Of a stretch of DNA of 64,000 nt, positions 1 to 10,038 are shown one piece after another. The stretch covers positions 85,189-149,188 of the forward strand of contig CALWKS010000004.1 of NCBI GenBank assembly GCA_944381325.1. Direction: 5' to 3'. Source of the DNA: an uncultured Christensenellaceae bacterium (lineage in GTDB: Bacteria; Bacillota; Clostridia; Christensenellales; UBA3700). The stretch's first letter is position 1, and the number at the start of each line of letters is the position of its first letter. The notes under the pieces were generated by a model. The model saw only the letters and a list, made by a program, of their open reading frames with translations. It did no database searches and was not told the DNA's origin. Position numbers and translations under genes: made by a program.

Positions 1-9
1 CGCCGTCGA

Positions 10-633
10 TTATTTGGAATACAACTCGACGATAAGATGCTCTTCGATCTTCTGCTCCACGTCGCTTCTTTCGGGCAGTTCTACAACTTTACCGGTGAGG
101 GTTGCGTTGTCGAACTCGAGCCACTTCGGAAGACCGATGGAATTAGCTGCCTTGAGCTCTTCAAAAATCTTCTTGTCCTTCTTGTTTTCCTTAACTGCGA
201 TAACGTCGCCCTTCTTGATGAGGTAAGAAGGAATGTTTACGCTTTCGCCGTTGACGGTGATGAGACCGTGGTTGACGATCTGTCTTGCCTGAGCTCTGCT
301 TGAAGCGAGACTGAGACGGAAAACTACGTTGTCGAGTCTTCTTTCGAGAAGAATGAGCATATTGTCACCGGTGATACCTCTCATGGTTTCAGCCTTGTCG
401 AAGTAACCCTTGAACTGCTTCTCGCAAAGTCCGTAGATTCTCTTGGTTTTCTGTTTTTCTCTCAGCTGGATAGAATAGCCGGAAGCCTTCTTTCTAGCTG
501 TGCCGTGCTGACCGGGAGCGGTAGGACGCTTAGCAAGCGGGCACTTCTCAGAAACGCACTTTGCGCCTTTGAGGAACAACTTTACGCCCTCGCGTCTGCA
601 CTGACGACAATCGGGTCCTGTATATTTAGCCAT
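10..633 (-). CDS. rpsD: 30S ribosomal protein S4 (uS4), zinc-ribbon form
   Basis: 207 aa ORF; N-terminal Cys4 cluster (CRQC...CVSEKC) and S4 RNA-binding region; follows rpsM-rpsK as in the alpha operon. Confidence 0.96.
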   Translation of the reverse strand: MAKYTGPDCRQCRREGVKLFLKGAKCVSEKCPLAKRPTAPGQHGTARKKASGYSIQLREKQKTKRIYGLCEKQFKGYFDKAETMRGITGDNMLILLERRLDNVVFRLSLASSRAQARQIVNHGLITVNGESVNIPSYLIKKGDVIAVKENKKDKKIFEELKAANSIGLPKWLEFDNATLTGKVVELPERSDVEQKIEEHLIVELYSK

Positions 634-651
634 ATTATTCGTACCTCCTGA

Positions 652-1050
652 TTACAGCCTTCTGCGCTTGGGCGGACGGCAACCGTTGTGAGGAATGGGA
701 GATACGTCTTTGATCATCGTAACTTCCAGACCTGCTACCTGGAGCGCTCTGATAGCGGATTCACGACCCGTACCCGGGCCCTTAACGTAGACTTCTACGC
801 TTCTGAGACCGCTTTCGTAAGCGACTTTAGCGGCATCCTCGCTGACCATCTGCGCTGCGAAAGCGGTGGACTTCTTGGAGCCTCTCAAATTGAGTTTACC
901 ACTGCTGGACCAGGAAATAGCGTTTCCCTGAAGGTCCGTGATAGTAACAATCGTGTTGTTGAAGGAAGCATGAATATGTGCTGCGCCCTTTTCTACACGA
1001 CGCTTGTTGACGGCACGCTTCTTAGTAGCGGCCTTTTTAGCAACTGCCAT
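652..1050 (-). CDS. rpsK: 30S ribosomal protein S11 (uS11)
   Basis: 132 aa; sequence recognisably uS11 ([18 protein letters not shown]...); conserved position. Confidence 0.97.
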   Translation of the reverse strand: MAVAKKAATKKRAVNKRRVEKGAAHIHASFNNTIVTITDLQGNAISWSSSGKLNLRGSKKSTAFAAQMVSEDAAKVAYESGLRSVEVYVKGPGTGRESAIRALQVAGLEVTMIKDVSPIPHNGCRPPKRRRL

Positions 1051-1064
1051 TTTTCTTTACCTCC

Positions 1065-1433
1065 TTACTTCTTCTTGCGGCTGACCGTCTTCTTCGGTCC
1101 TTTGCGGGTACGAGCGTTCTGCTTAGTATTCTGACCTCTTACGGGCAGACCCTTGCGGTGACGGATACCTCTGTAGCAACCGATTTCAGTAAGTCTTTTG
1201 ATGTTGAGTTTAACTTCACGCTTCAACTCGCCCTCAACGGTAAGATTGTGGTCGATGTATTCACGTATTTTGCTAACTTCGTCTTCGGTAAGATCCTTAA
1301 CTCTGGTGTCGGGATTGATACCCGTAGCTTGGAGAACCAGGTTGGATGTAACTCTGCCTATACCGTAGATATAGGTGAGACCGATTTCCACTCTTTTTTC
1401 GCGCGGTAAGTCCACGCCGGCAATACGAGCCAT
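1065..1433 (-). CDS. rpsM: 30S ribosomal protein S13 (uS13)
   Basis: 122 aa starting [10 protein letters not shown], typical uS13; GGAGG 8 nt upstream of ATG. Confidence 0.97.
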   Translation of the reverse strand: MARIAGVDLPREKRVEIGLTYIYGIGRVTSNLVLQATGINPDTRVKDLTEDEVSKIREYIDHNLTVEGELKREVKLNIKRLTEIGCYRGIRHRKGLPVRGQNTKQNARTRKGPKKTVSRKKK

Positions 1434-1550
1434 TAAACTACCTCCAAAGTGTTTGTTGTATATTAGACGATTTGAGGAAGACAGGTTTTGAAGTGTGACG
1501 TGCCTGTCCAGCCGCTCCCCTCACGAATAATCACATAATTTTGCTATGGT

Positions 1551-1580
1551 ATTATAGCATACAAAATATTAAAATAGCAA
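1551..1580 (-). promoter_or_regulatory. sigma-70-type promoter for rpsM-rpsK-rpsD (TTGCTA-18 nt-TGcTATAAT)
   Basis: read on minus strand: -35 TTGCTA (1575..1580), extended -10 TGCTATAAT (-10 hexamer 1551..1556) inside the 236-bp rpmJ-rpsM spacer. Confidence 0.5.
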
Positions 1581-1669
1581 ACAAAAATTGCTACTTTTTT
1601 AAGACAAAGACGCGCGCAGAAAGAATTTTTCTTCCTACGCCGCATTCTTTTCGCTATTATTAAGGGTAA

Positions 1670-1786
1670 TTAGCCCTGTCTCTGCTTATGCTTCTTGTAT
1701 TTGGAGCAGATAATCATGACTTTTCCGTCTCTCTTGATTACTCTGCATTTGTCGCACATAGGCTTAACAGAAGGTCTGACTTTCAT
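1670..1786 (-). CDS. rpmJ: 50S ribosomal protein L36 (bL36), C3H zinc form
   Basis: 38 aa hand-translated [38 protein letters not shown]; below the ORF-track length cut-off; GGAGGA upstream. Confidence 0.93.
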   Translation of the reverse strand: MKVRPSVKPMCDKCRVIKRDGKVMIICSKYKKHKQRQG

Positions 1787-1805
1787 TTTTTTATCCTCCG
1801 ATCAC

Positions 1806-2027
1806 TTAATTCTTATTACGCCAGACGATACGACCTTTGGTCAAATCGTACGGACTTAGTTCGACTTTCACGGTGTCGCCTTCAAGAATTTTGATGTAAT
1901 TCTTTCTGAGCTTGCCGGACAGGTATGCTACAATCTCGTGATTGTTCGTCAACCTGACTCTGAAATTGGTGTTGGGCAGTACTTCGGTTACTACGCCTTC
2001 AGCTTCGATGCAATCTTCCTTCGACAT
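1806..2027 (-). CDS. infA: translation initiation factor IF-1
   Basis: 73 aa S1-like OB fold, [13 protein letters not shown]...RIVWR pattern. Confidence 0.97.
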   Translation of the reverse strand: MSKEDCIEAEGVVTEVLPNTNFRVRLTNNHEIVAYLSGKLRKNYIKILEGDTVKVELSPYDLTKGRIVWRNKN

Positions 2028-2029
2028 TG

Positions 2030-2305
2030 TTACCTCCCCTGTTTTGAATAATTTTTCAGCTCTGCGGAAACCGCTTTGTCTGTAATTTTGGCTTTATCGA
2101 GCGACTCAGCCAGATCTGCTCTTTCGTCTATCTTATCGAGATGCTTGAATCTCTTGACTTTGGGATTGTCGAGCTTTCTTATCTTTCCGTCAACCGCTAA
2201 GCAAAAATCTTCGCCAACGATTTTGACTATCAGATAAACTCTTCCCGCGTCGTGTCCCGCTCTCGATATTGCTACGTCGCCCGCTTTTAAGTTTTTGTCT
2301 TTCAT
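2030..2305 (-). CDS. small KOW-domain protein (ribosomal-cluster-associated RNA-binding protein)
   Basis: ATG at 2305 directly after the map stop; [22 protein letters not shown] is a KOW-like motif; located between map and infA. Confidence 0.7.
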   Translation of the reverse strand: MKDKNLKAGDVAISRAGHDAGRVYLIVKIVGEDFCLAVDGKIRKLDNPKVKRFKHLDKIDERADLAESLDKAKITDKAVSAELKNYSKQGR

Positions 2306-2306
2306 A

Positions 2307-3053
2307 TCACAGCGACAGGATTTCAACTCCGTCCTCGGTTATCGCAACGGTATTTTCGTAATGCGCCGACGGCTTGCCGTCTGCCGTTACTACCGTCCAG
2401 CCGTCGTCCAACATAACGACGTCGTACGTCCCCGCATTGACCATGGGCTCTATCGCAATAGTCATATTCGCCTTGAGCCTCAGGCCGTGTCCCGCCTTTC
2501 CGTAATTGGGTACTTCGGGATCTTCGTGCATATCCGTTCCTATACCGTGTCCGACCAGTGCTCTTACGACTGAAAAGCCGTTCGACTCCACGTAAGACTG
2601 TATCGCGTGTCCCAGATCTCCCAGTCTGACTCCCTCTCTGAGTATCTTTACTCCTTCAAAGAAGCTCTGTCTGGTTACGTCGATGAGTCTCTGCTTTTCT
2701 GAAGATATTCTGCCGATCGCAAACGTTCTTGCCGCATCGCCGTTGTATCCTTTATATATAGAGCCTATATCGACGCTCACTATCTGACCTTCTTCGATAT
2801 GTCTGTCAGACGAAGGAATGCCGTGAACGACCTCGTCGTCTATAGACACGCATATCGACGCGGGATAACCGCTGTATCCCAGGAACGAAGGCACTGCGTC
2901 GCAACTTGTTATATAGTCATGCGCGATTTTATCAAGCTGCTTTGTCGTCATGCCGGGTTTTATCTTCTCTTCCAGAAGGTTGAGCGTATCCCTTACAATC
3001 TGATTTGCTTTGCGCATCAGCTCGATTTCCTGCGCAGTCTTAACAGTTACCAT
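2307..3053 (-). CDS. map: type I methionine aminopeptidase
   Basis: 248 aa; metal ligands in conserved context (VVHGIP, VSVDIG, DAARTF, GHGIG, IEPM). Confidence 0.96.
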   Translation of the reverse strand: MVTVKTAQEIELMRKANQIVRDTLNLLEEKIKPGMTTKQLDKIAHDYITSCDAVPSFLGYSGYPASICVSIDDEVVHGIPSSDRHIEEGQIVSVDIGSIYKGYNGDAARTFAIGRISSEKQRLIDVTRQSFFEGVKILREGVRLGDLGHAIQSYVESNGFSVVRALVGHGIGTDMHEDPEVPNYGKAGHGLRLKANMTIAIEPMVNAGTYDVVMLDDGWTVVTADGKPSAHYENTVAITEDGVEILSL

Positions 3054-3666
3054 CTATTACCTTAATTATCTCTTCAGTCACTTCCGCGACGTCTTTCATT
3101 CCGTCTACGTCTTTCAGCACGCCCTTTTCAGAATAATATTCGATGAGCGGAGCGGTCTGTTTTTCATAAACTTCAAGTCTGGATTTGACCGTTTCTTCCT
3201 TGTCGTCATCTCTCTGGTACAGCTTTGCGCCGCACTTGTCGCAAACGTCGGAAGGATGAGTGGAAACGTGATAGCTCTCTCCGCATACGCACATGCGTCT
3301 GCCTGCTATGCGGGCAACCACCGCGTCGTTATCCACTACGATATTTACCGCGAGCGAAACTTTTGTGATCTTGTCAAGCGCTTTCGCCTGCTCGATTGTT
3401 CTGGGGAAACCGTCGAGGAGATAACCGTTTTTGCAGTCAGCCTCGGCAAGTCTCGCTTCCATAACCTTTATGATTACCTCGTCGGGAACAAGCGCGCCTT
3501 TGTCTATATAGCTTTTAGCCAGCTTGCCAAGCTCTGTTCCCGCCTTGATATTCGCTCTGAGTATGTCTCCCGTAGAGATGTGCGGGATGTCATACTTTTC
3601 GGATATTCTCTTTGCCTGCGTGCCCTTGCCTGCGCCGGGCGCGCCCAGAAATACGAGATTTTTCAT
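3040..3666 (-). CDS. adk: adenylate kinase (Cys4 zinc lid)
   Basis: 208 aa; P-loop GAPGAGKGTQ; lid CVCG...CDKCG. Confidence 0.97.
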   Translation of the reverse strand: MKNLVFLGAPGAGKGTQAKRISEKYDIPHISTGDILRANIKAGTELGKLAKSYIDKGALVPDEVIIKVMEARLAEADCKNGYLLDGFPRTIEQAKALDKITKVSLAVNIVVDNDAVVARIAGRRMCVCGESYHVSTHPSDVCDKCGAKLYQRDDDKEETVKSRLEVYEKQTAPLIEYYSEKGVLKDVDGMKDVAEVTEEIIKVIDGNC

Positions 3667-3667
3667 A

Positions 3668-4960
3668 TTACTTCAAGAATCCTTTGTAATGCTTCATCAT
3701 TATCTGCGATTCAAGCTGTTTGTCAAGCTCGAGCGCTACGCTTACGATAATCAGCATACCTGTTGCGCTGAACGCGTTGGTCATACCTATCGTCTGTCCC
3801 AGTGCGTTGAAGCCGAACGTAGGAACGATAGCTATGAACGCGAGGAAGAGTGCGCCGAACAGAGTTATACGGCTGTTGATCTTCGCAAGATATTCGCTGG
3901 TCGGCTTACCCGGTCTTACACCCTGGATCGTGCCGCCGTACTGCTGAAGATTTCTCGCAACGTCTACGGGGTTGAACTGAATCTGCGCGTAGAAGTAAGC
4001 GAAGAAGATTATGAAGATAAACGTGAATATATAGTATACTGCCGTGCCCGCTCCGAGGTACTTGGTATAGAACACTACAACCGAGTTATCCGCGGGGAAG
4101 AACGAAAGGATCATCTGCGGGAACATCAGGAACGCCGAAGCGAAGATGATGGGCATAACGCCGCTTGCGTTGACCTTCATGGGAATGTAGGTGGACTGAC
4201 CGCCGTACATCTTGTTGCCCTTGACCTGCTTAGCGTAGTTGACCTTGATTCTGCGTTCGCTTCCGTCGATAAATACGATAAGAAGGAACATAACGAGAAC
4301 GAGAAGCAGATATCCGAGGATATACCATATATTGTCGGGCTGAGCGCCGAGAGTGCTGAACGCACCTACAAGCGAAGTTGCGAAAGATGAAACGATACCG
4401 ATAAAGATTATCATAGAAGAACCGTTGCCGATACCGTATTCGGTAATTCTCTCGCTGAGCCACATTACGAAGGTAGAACCTGCGGTAAGAAGCAGAATGA
4501 TGATCGCTCCGCTTACCGCTTCGCTTCCGAACGTAGGCTCGATAGCGCCCGAGTTGTGGAAAGTAACGACGATACCGATACCCTGAACGATTGCAAGCGC
4601 GATAGCTACAAATCTCGTGATCTGGGTGATCTTTGCGCGACCTTCGTCACCTTCTTTGCTCATCCTCTCCAACGGAGGGATTATCAGTGTCAGCAGCTGC
4701 ATAATAATGAAGCTGTTGATGAAAGGCAGGATGCCTAGTGCAAACAGCGTACCGCTTCCGAGAGAACCGCCCGATACGACGTTCATAATCTGCAACAACG
4801 TGTTGTTGTCACCCGTAACCGCCTGACGGACCGATTCAAAATCGAGTCCGGGGACGGGAATGTAACAGCCTATTCTGTACACCAGGAGAAGTCCCAGCGT
4901 AATGAATATCTTAATTCTTAAACTTCTGTCTTTGAAAGCGTTAACCAGCGTTTGCCACAT
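3668..4960 (-). CDS. secY: preprotein translocase subunit SecY
   Basis: 430 aa polytopic membrane protein with SecY signatures; position between rplO and adk. Confidence 0.97.
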   Translation of the reverse strand: MWQTLVNAFKDRSLRIKIFITLGLLLVYRIGCYIPVPGLDFESVRQAVTGDNNTLLQIMNVVSGGSLGSGTLFALGILPFINSFIIMQLLTLIIPPLERMSKEGDEGRAKITQITRFVAIALAIVQGIGIVVTFHNSGAIEPTFGSEAVSGAIIILLLTAGSTFVMWLSERITEYGIGNGSSMIIFIGIVSSFATSLVGAFSTLGAQPDNIWYILGYLLLVLVMFLLIVFIDGSERRIKVNYAKQVKGNKMYGGQSTYIPMKVNASGVMPIIFASAFLMFPQMILSFFPADNSVVVFYTKYLGAGTAVYYIFTFIFIIFFAYFYAQIQFNPVDVARNLQQYGGTIQGVRPGKPTSEYLAKINSRITLFGALFLAFIAIVPTFGFNALGQTIGMTNAFSATGMLIIVSVALELDKQLESQIMMKHYKGFLK

Positions 4961-5403
4961 TATAGCACCTCTACTTTGCCACCTGCTTTTTCAATTGCCT
5001 CTGCAGCCGACTTTGTGAATTTGTTTGCGCGGACTGTGATCTTCTTGGTCAGCTCGCCTTTGCCAAGTACCTTAACGCCGTAAGGCAGTACTTTGCTGAG
5101 AACGCCGCTGGAGAGAAGAACTTCTGCGTCGACAACGTCGCCGTCGTTGAATCTTTCGAGATCGCAGACATTGACGATAGAGTACTCTTTCTTGAAATAA
5201 TTGTTGAAGCCTCTTTTGGGGATTCTTCTTACGAGGGGCATCTGACCGCCTTCGAAACCGGGTCTGACACCGCCGCCGCTTCTAGCCCACTGTCCTTTGT
5301 GACCCTTACCGGAGGTCTTTCCGAGGCCGGAACCGATACCTCTGCCAAGTCTTCTGGACTCTTTCTTTGCTCCCTGTGCGGGCGCCATATCGTGTAATTT
5401 CAT
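4960..5403 (-). CDS. rplO: 50S ribosomal protein L15 (uL15)
   Basis: 147 aa, Gly/Arg-rich N-terminus typical of uL15. Confidence 0.96.
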   Translation of the reverse strand: MKLHDMAPAQGAKKESRRLGRGIGSGLGKTSGKGHKGQWARSGGGVRPGFEGGQMPLVRRIPKRGFNNYFKKEYSIVNVCDLERFNDGDVVDAEVLLSSGVLSKVLPYGVKVLGKGELTKKITVRANKFTKSAAEAIEKAGGKVEVL

Positions 5404-5414
5404 AGCCTGTCTCC

Positions 5415-5594
5415 TTATGCCTCTTCGACTTTTACGAGGTGGCTGACCACTTTGATCATGCCCTTCGTGCAGCCGTTGTCGGGAACAACGTTGGAAGTGC
5501 CGACTTTCTTGAGTCCGAGCGCTTCAACGGTTGCCTTCTGCTTTTCAGTGCAGCTTATAGTGCTCTTTACGAGAGTTACTTTGATATTTGCCAT
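5415..5594 (-). CDS. rpmD: 50S ribosomal protein L30 (uL30)
   Basis: start moved to [11 protein letters not shown] (ATG 5594) with GAGGAGGG upstream; the longer track ORF is an upstream in-frame extension. Confidence 0.93.
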   Translation of the reverse strand: MANIKVTLVKSTISCTEKQKATVEALGLKKVGTSNVVPDNGCTKGMIKVVSHLVKVEEA

Positions 5595-5607
5595 CTTTTT
5601 ACCCTCC

Positions 5608-6123
5608 TCAGCCCAGAATTTCCTCAACGGTCTTGCCGCGGAGAGCCGCAACTTCTTCAACCGTCCTGAGCTTTCTGAGCGCGTCCATCGTAGCTTTTAC
5701 GCAGTTGATGGGGTTGTTGCTACCAAGTGACTTGGTGCGGATATCCTTAATGCCGGATACCTCGAGGATAGCACGGACGGGACCGCCCGCGATAACTCCG
5801 GTACCTTCGCTTGCCGGCATAATGATAACTTTTGAACTTCCGAATTCACCGATCGCCTCGTGAGGAATGGTCGTTCCCACCAGCGATACCTGAACCATGT
5901 TGCGCTTTGCGTCAGCGGTTGCCTTGCGGATTGCTTCGGGGATTTCGGTAGCCTTACCGGTGCCGATACCCAGCATACCCTTGCCGTCGCCCACTACCAT
6001 AAGCGCTGCGAGTCTCATCGTTCTGCCGCCTTTAACGACCTTGGTAACGCGTCTGACCGCAATCAGCTTATTGAGCATTTCGTCTCTTTCGCTATTCTGG
6101 AATTTATTCTCTTTCTTAGCCAT
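5608..6123 (-). CDS. rpsE: 30S ribosomal protein S5 (uS5)
   Basis: 171 aa; [10 protein letters not shown] motif. Confidence 0.97.
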   Translation of the reverse strand: MAKKENKFQNSERDEMLNKLIAVRRVTKVVKGGRTMRLAALMVVGDGKGMLGIGTGKATEIPEAIRKATADAKRNMVQVSLVGTTIPHEAIGEFGSSKVIIMPASEGTGVIAGGPVRAILEVSGIKDIRTKSLGSNNPINCVKATMDALRKLRTVEEVAALRGKTVEEILG

Positions 6124-6137
6124 TTTCGTTCCTCCGA

Positions 6138-6506
6138 TTAGAATTTGAGACCGGCTTCTCTAGCGCCGTCCGCAACCATCTTGACGCGTCCCGTATAGAG
6201 GTAACCGCCTCTGTCGAATACGACTTCGGTGATGCCTGCAGCGAGAGCCTTTTCTGCCACCTTGCCGCCGACGTACTTAGCCGCCTCGCACTTGGTGAGC
6301 TTTTCTACCTCTTTGACTACGTCCTTGTCCAGAGTGGAGCAGGAAACGAGGGTGTTGCCCTTAACGTCGTCGATAATCTGTACGGAGATATTGTTCGTGC
6401 TTCTGTACACGTTGAAACGCGGTCTTTCCGCAGTGCCGCTGATCTTGGCGCGGATTCTCGTATGTCTTTTTTGTCTGATAGCGTTTTTATCAATATTCTT
6501 TATCAT
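6138..6506 (-). CDS. rplR: 50S ribosomal protein L18 (uL18)
   Basis: 122 aa; [21 protein letters not shown] motifs. Confidence 0.97.
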   Translation of the reverse strand: MIKNIDKNAIRQKRHTRIRAKISGTAERPRFNVYRSTNNISVQIIDDVKGNTLVSCSTLDKDVVKEVEKLTKCEAAKYVGGKVAEKALAAGITEVVFDRGGYLYTGRVKMVADGAREAGLKF

Positions 6507-6519
6507 ATCCTACTCCTTA

Positions 6520-7062
6520 TTACTTCGTACCCTTCTTGCCTTCCTTGCGTGCGATCACTTCATCGCTGTAACGGATACCGTAAGCGTGATAGGGATCGGG
6601 TTTACGAAGCGATCTGATGTTGGCAGCGAACTGACCGACCTTTTCATTGTCGATACCCTTTACGACGATGTCTCTTTCAGACGGAACTTCGAGGGTGATG
6701 CCATCTTCTTCAGCTACTTCGATATTGTGGGAGTAACCGATGCTCAGAACTACTTTGTTGCCCTGTTTTACGACTCTGTAACCGACGCCGTTTACAACAA
6801 GACCTTTCTGGAAGCCCTTGGTAACGCCTTCAACCATGTTGAAGATGAGTTTGCGGTACAGACCGTGCATAGATTTGATTTCTTTTTCTTCGCTTGCTCT
6901 TGAGCAGACAACGTGGCCGTTTTCAACCTTAACGGTGATTGCCTTGTTTACCTGTCTAGAGAGCGTTCCCTTAGGTCCTTTGACGGTAACGAGGTTCTCG
7001 GGAGAAACCGTAACCTCTACGCCCTGAGGAATTACAACGGGAAGTCTACCAATTCTCGACAT
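6520..7062 (-). CDS. rplF: 50S ribosomal protein L6 (uL6)
   Basis: 180 aa starting MSRIGRLPV. Confidence 0.97.
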   Translation of the reverse strand: MSRIGRLPVVIPQGVEVTVSPENLVTVKGPKGTLSRQVNKAITVKVENGHVVCSRASEEKEIKSMHGLYRKLIFNMVEGVTKGFQKGLVVNGVGYRVVKQGNKVVLSIGYSHNIEVAEEDGITLEVPSERDIVVKGIDNEKVGQFAANIRSLRKPDPYHAYGIRYSDEVIARKEGKKGTK

Positions 7063-7075
7063 CTCTTATTCCTCC

Positions 7076-7474
7076 TTACCAGACGTACGCCAGCACTTCG
7101 CCGCCGACGTGTTGAGCTCTCGCTTCCTTATCGGTCATAACGCCCTTTGAAGTGGAAACGATTGCTATGCCCAAGCCGCCCAGAACTTTGGGGAGCTTGT
7201 CTGAAGAAGCGTATACACGCAGACCGGGCTTGGATATTCTCTTGATACCGGTGATTACGCGTTCCTTCTTCGCGCCGTATTTAAGATTCACTTTCATAAC
7301 ACTTTGAACACCGCTTTCAACAAGCTCAACGCTCTCGAGGTAGCCTTCCTTAACCAGAATGTCAGCGATAGACTTCTTGATTTTGGAATAGGGAACTTCG
7401 ACGCTGTCGTGTCTCGCAACGAGACCGTTGCGGATACGGGTGAGCATGTCTGCGATAGGATCAGTTATCATCAT
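7076..7474 (-). CDS. rpsH: 30S ribosomal protein S8 (uS8)
   Basis: 132 aa; [12 protein letters not shown] motif. Confidence 0.97.
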   Translation of the reverse strand: MMITDPIADMLTRIRNGLVARHDSVEVPYSKIKKSIADILVKEGYLESVELVESGVQSVMKVNLKYGAKKERVITGIKRISKPGLRVYASSDKLPKVLGGLGIAIVSTSKGVMTDKEARAQHVGGEVLAYVW

Positions 7475-7491
7475 AGTCTGTATTCCTCCGA

Positions 7492-7677
7492 TTACCAGCT
7501 GGATTTCTTAACTCCGGGGATTTCGCCCTTGTAAGCGAGCTCTCTGAAGCAAATTCTGCAAATGCCGTACTTTCTCAACACAGCGTGCGGTCTTCCGCAA
7601 ATCTTGCATCTCGTGTATGCTCTGGTCGAGAACTTGGGAGCCTTTTGCTGTTTGTTTATCATAGCTTTCTTTGCCAT
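7492..7677 (-). CDS. rpsN: 30S ribosomal protein S14 type Z (zinc form)
   Basis: 61 aa with CKICG...CRIC. Confidence 0.96.
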   Translation of the reverse strand: MAKKAMINKQQKAPKFSTRAYTRCKICGRPHAVLRKYGICRICFRELAYKGEIPGVKKSSW

Positions 7678-7690
7678 TATTGTGTCCTCC

Positions 7691-8248
7691 TTACTTTACA
7701 AAGGGTATGCCGAGAAGCGTAAGAAGTTCTTTTGCTTCAGCATCCGTCTTTGCGGTCGTTACGAAACATACGTCGAATCCCCTGATCTTTTCGATCTTGT
7801 CGTACTGGATTTCAGGGAAGATAAGCTGTTCCTTAACGCCCATAGCGTAGTTGCCGCGTCCGTCGAACGAATCAGCGGGAACACCCTTGAAGTCTCTTAC
7901 TCTGGGGAGAGCTACGGAGATGAGCTTATCCATAAAGTCATACATCTTTGCACCTCTCAGAGTAACCTTGGCTCCGATAACCATGCCTTCTCTGACTTTG
8001 AAGTTTGCAACGCTCTTCTTAGCCTTGGTCAGAACGGGTGTCTGACCTGCGATTGCCTTGAGCTCTTCTACTGCCAGCTGGAGGCTCTTGCTGTTGTCCT
8101 TAACGTCTCCGAGTCCCATATTGAGGACGATCTTGTCGAGGCGGGGAACTTCGTTGATATTCTTGTACTCGAACTTCTTGACAAGAGCGGGTACTACCTC
8201 GTTCTTATAAAGTTCGGCAATTCTGTAAACTCTTTTCTCTTCTGCCAC
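7691..8248 (-). CDS. rplE: 50S ribosomal protein L5 (uL5)
   Basis: 185 aa, conserved uL5 sequence and position. Confidence 0.97.
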   Translation of the reverse strand: MAEEKRVYRIAELYKNEVVPALVKKFEYKNINEVPRLDKIVLNMGLGDVKDNSKSLQLAVEELKAIAGQTPVLTKAKKSVANFKVREGMVIGAKVTLRGAKMYDFMDKLISVALPRVRDFKGVPADSFDGRGNYAMGVKEQLIFPEIQYDKIEKIRGFDVCFVTTAKTDAEAKELLTLLGIPFVK

Positions 8249-8262
8249 AGCCTTGTCCTCCG

Positions 8263-8700
8263 TTATTTGTTCTCGGCGTCTGCCGCTTTGTCAACTTTCT
8301 TGGTCGCCTTCTTTGCAGTCTTAGCGCCCTTCTTAGCCGTTGCTTTAGCCTTGCTCTTGCTTACGTTGTCAAGGCTCGCGCCGCACTTCTTGCAGATGCG
8401 CTCTTTAACGGTCTTGCCGTTTTCGTCCTTTTCAACTTTGTGAGCAACCTTGGTGGTCTTGCCGCATACGGGGCAGATGATCATGACGTTGGATGCGTCG
8501 ATAGCTCTTTCTCTCTCGACGATACCGCCCTTTTCCTGCGCGTTGCGCGGCTTGACGAAATGTTTCTCGGTCTTGAGTCCTTCGCCTTTGACGACTACTC
8601 TGCCGGACTTGGTGTCGACGTTGTCGATCTGACCCGTCTTACCCTTATCGCAACCCGCGATAATCTTTACCGCGTCGCCTTTCTTTACGTTCATACTCAT
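8263..8700 (-). CDS. rplX: 50S ribosomal protein L24 (uL24), extended: inserted Cys4 zinc ribbon plus Lys/Ala-rich tail
   Basis: 145 aa; KOW N-terminus [19 protein letters not shown]; CPVCG...CKKCG insertion; C-terminal [21 protein letters not shown]. Confidence 0.92.
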   Translation of the reverse strand: MSMNVKKGDAVKIIAGCDKGKTGQIDNVDTKSGRVVVKGEGLKTEKHFVKPRNAQEKGGIVERERAIDASNVMIICPVCGKTTKVAHKVEKDENGKTVKERICKKCGASLDNVSKSKAKATAKKGAKTAKKATKKVDKAADAENK

Positions 8701-8713
8701 TTCGCTGTCCTCC

Positions 8714-9082
8714 TCAAATAACCTCGGGTGCGAGGGAGATAATCTTCATATAGTTCTTGTCACGAAGCTCTCTCGCGATAGGTCCGAAGATACGCGTACC
8801 TCTGGGTTGCTTCTGATTATCTATGATTACCGCTGCGTTGTCGTCGAATCTGATGTAAGAACCGTCCTTTCTTCTGACGCCCTTGCTGGTTCTGACGATA
8901 ACTGCCTTTACCACTTCACCCTTCTTGACGGTGCCTCCGGGAATAGCGCTCTGTACTGCCGCAACGATTACGTCGCCGATATTGCCGCTTCTGCGGAAAG
9001 ATCCGCCCAGTACTCTGATGCACTTGATTTCCTTAGCTCCGGAGTTATCCGCTACGTTTAATCTGCTTTCCGGTTGTATCAT
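8714..9082 (-). CDS. rplN: 50S ribosomal protein L14 (uL14)
   Basis: start moved to [17 protein letters not shown] (ATG 9082); 122 aa. Confidence 0.95.
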   Translation of the reverse strand: MIQPESRLNVADNSGAKEIKCIRVLGGSFRRSGNIGDVIVAAVQSAIPGGTVKKGEVVKAVIVRTSKGVRRKDGSYIRFDDNAAVIIDNQKQPRGTRIFGPIARELRDKNYMKIISLAPEVI

Positions 9083-9096
9083 TGTGGTGCCTCCTA

Positions 9097-9351
9097 TTAC
9101 TTCGCCTTTTCGATGATTTCGACGACTCTCCAGCACTTATCCTTGCTGATCGGTCTGGTCTCAGCTACGAGAACTTTGTCGCCGATGCCGCAGGTGTTGG
9201 TTTCGTCGTGAGCCTTGAGCTTCTTCGTTCTGTTGACGATTTTGCCGTAAAGAGGATGCTTAACACGCTCTTTGATGGCAACGACGACCGTCTTGTCCAT
9301 CTTGTCGCTTACTACTATGCCGACTCTGCTTTTTCTCAAATTTCTTTCCAT
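9097..9351 (-). CDS. rpsQ: 30S ribosomal protein S17 (uS17)
   Basis: start taken at [11 protein letters not shown]; 84 aa. Confidence 0.93.
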   Translation of the reverse strand: MERNLRKSRVGIVVSDKMDKTVVVAIKERVKHPLYGKIVNRTKKLKAHDETNTCGIGDKVLVAETRPISKDKCWRVVEIIEKAK

Positions 9352-9365
9352 GTCGTTTGTCCTCC

Positions 9366-9605
9366 TCACTTAGCCGCCTTCTTGGACTTGGTAGCCTTGG
9401 TCGGCTCTGCGGATATGCCCAGCTCTCTCTGACGGATGATCGTCATGCACTTTGCGATATCCTTTCTGCAAGTCCTGATCTGGCTGTTGTTCTCAAGGTT
9501 GCCGCTCTTGTGCTTGAAGCGAAGGTTGAGCAAATCCTGCTTGAGGCTGACGAGCTTAACCTGAAGCTCTTCGTTGGTCATTTCCATAAAATTAGTTGCT
9601 TTCAT
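9366..9605 (-). CDS. rpmC: 50S ribosomal protein L29 (uL29)
   Basis: 79 aa; GAGGTG 7 nt upstream of ATG 9605; short Lys-rich C-terminal extension. Confidence 0.9.
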   Translation of the reverse strand: MKATNFMEMTNEELQVKLVSLKQDLLNLRFKHKSGNLENNSQIRTCRKDIAKCMTIIRQRELGISAEPTKATKSKKAAK

Positions 9606-10038
9606 CTTCGTTCACCTCTTCTCCGCTTTCTTCGCCCTTCTTGACGAATTTGCACTTTATCGGGAGTTTATGCGATGCAAGACGCAGTGCCTCTCTCGCA
9701 ATCTCTTCTGTTACGCCTGCCATCTCGAACATAACTCTGCCCGGTTTGACAACAGCTACCCAGTATTCTACGCTACCTTTACCGCTACCCATTCTGGTCT
9801 CAGCGGGCTTCTTAGTAACAGGCTTGTGGGGGAATATGTCTATCCACACCTGACCGCCTCTCTTGATGTATCTCGTCATAGCGATACGAGCCGCTTCGAT
9901 CTGATTGGAGGTAATCCAGCTCGGCTCAAGAGCTACGAGTCCGTATTCGCCGTAAGCGATTTTGTTACCCTTGTTAGCCTTGCCGCTGAGTCTGCCGCGA
10001 TGTACGCGACGTCTCTTTACTCTTTTAGGCATTAACAT
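9592..10038 (-). CDS. rplP: 50S ribosomal protein L16 (uL16)
   Basis: 148 aa starting [11 protein letters not shown]; acidic C-terminal tail. Confidence 0.96.
   Translation of the reverse strand: MLMPKRVKRRRVHRGRLSGKANKGNKIAYGEYGLVALEPSWITSNQIEAARIAMTRYIKRGGQVWIDIFPHKPVTKKPAETRMGSGKGSVEYWVAVVKPGRVMFEMAGVTEEIAREALRLASHKLPIKCKFVKKGEESGEEVNEDESN

Noticed and set aside
3010-3750. Long plus-strand ORFs antisense to well-supported minus-strand genes. Examples: 3010..3750, 3524..4390, 7562..8443, 11564..12319, 14508..15293, 24731..25480, 27774..28844, 28627..29526, 35293..36402 and 54977..55729. The same applies to minus-strand ORFs 41073..41918 and 50809..51480, which are antisense to plus-strand genes.
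   Set aside because: - Each lies opposite a gene with unmistakable conserved motifs.
- Their translations are low-complexity, rich in Arg/Ser/Cys, with no recognisable domains and no SD sequences.
- They are typical shadow ORFs created by the codon bias of the true frame.
5415-5660. N-terminal extensions of track ORFs for rpmD, rplN, rpsQ, tmk, pgmB, the ferredoxin, the AsnC regulator and the ABC ATPase
   Set aside because: The internal ATGs have proper SD sequences and give canonical protein N-termini. The extensions overlap upstream genes or intergenic hairpins.
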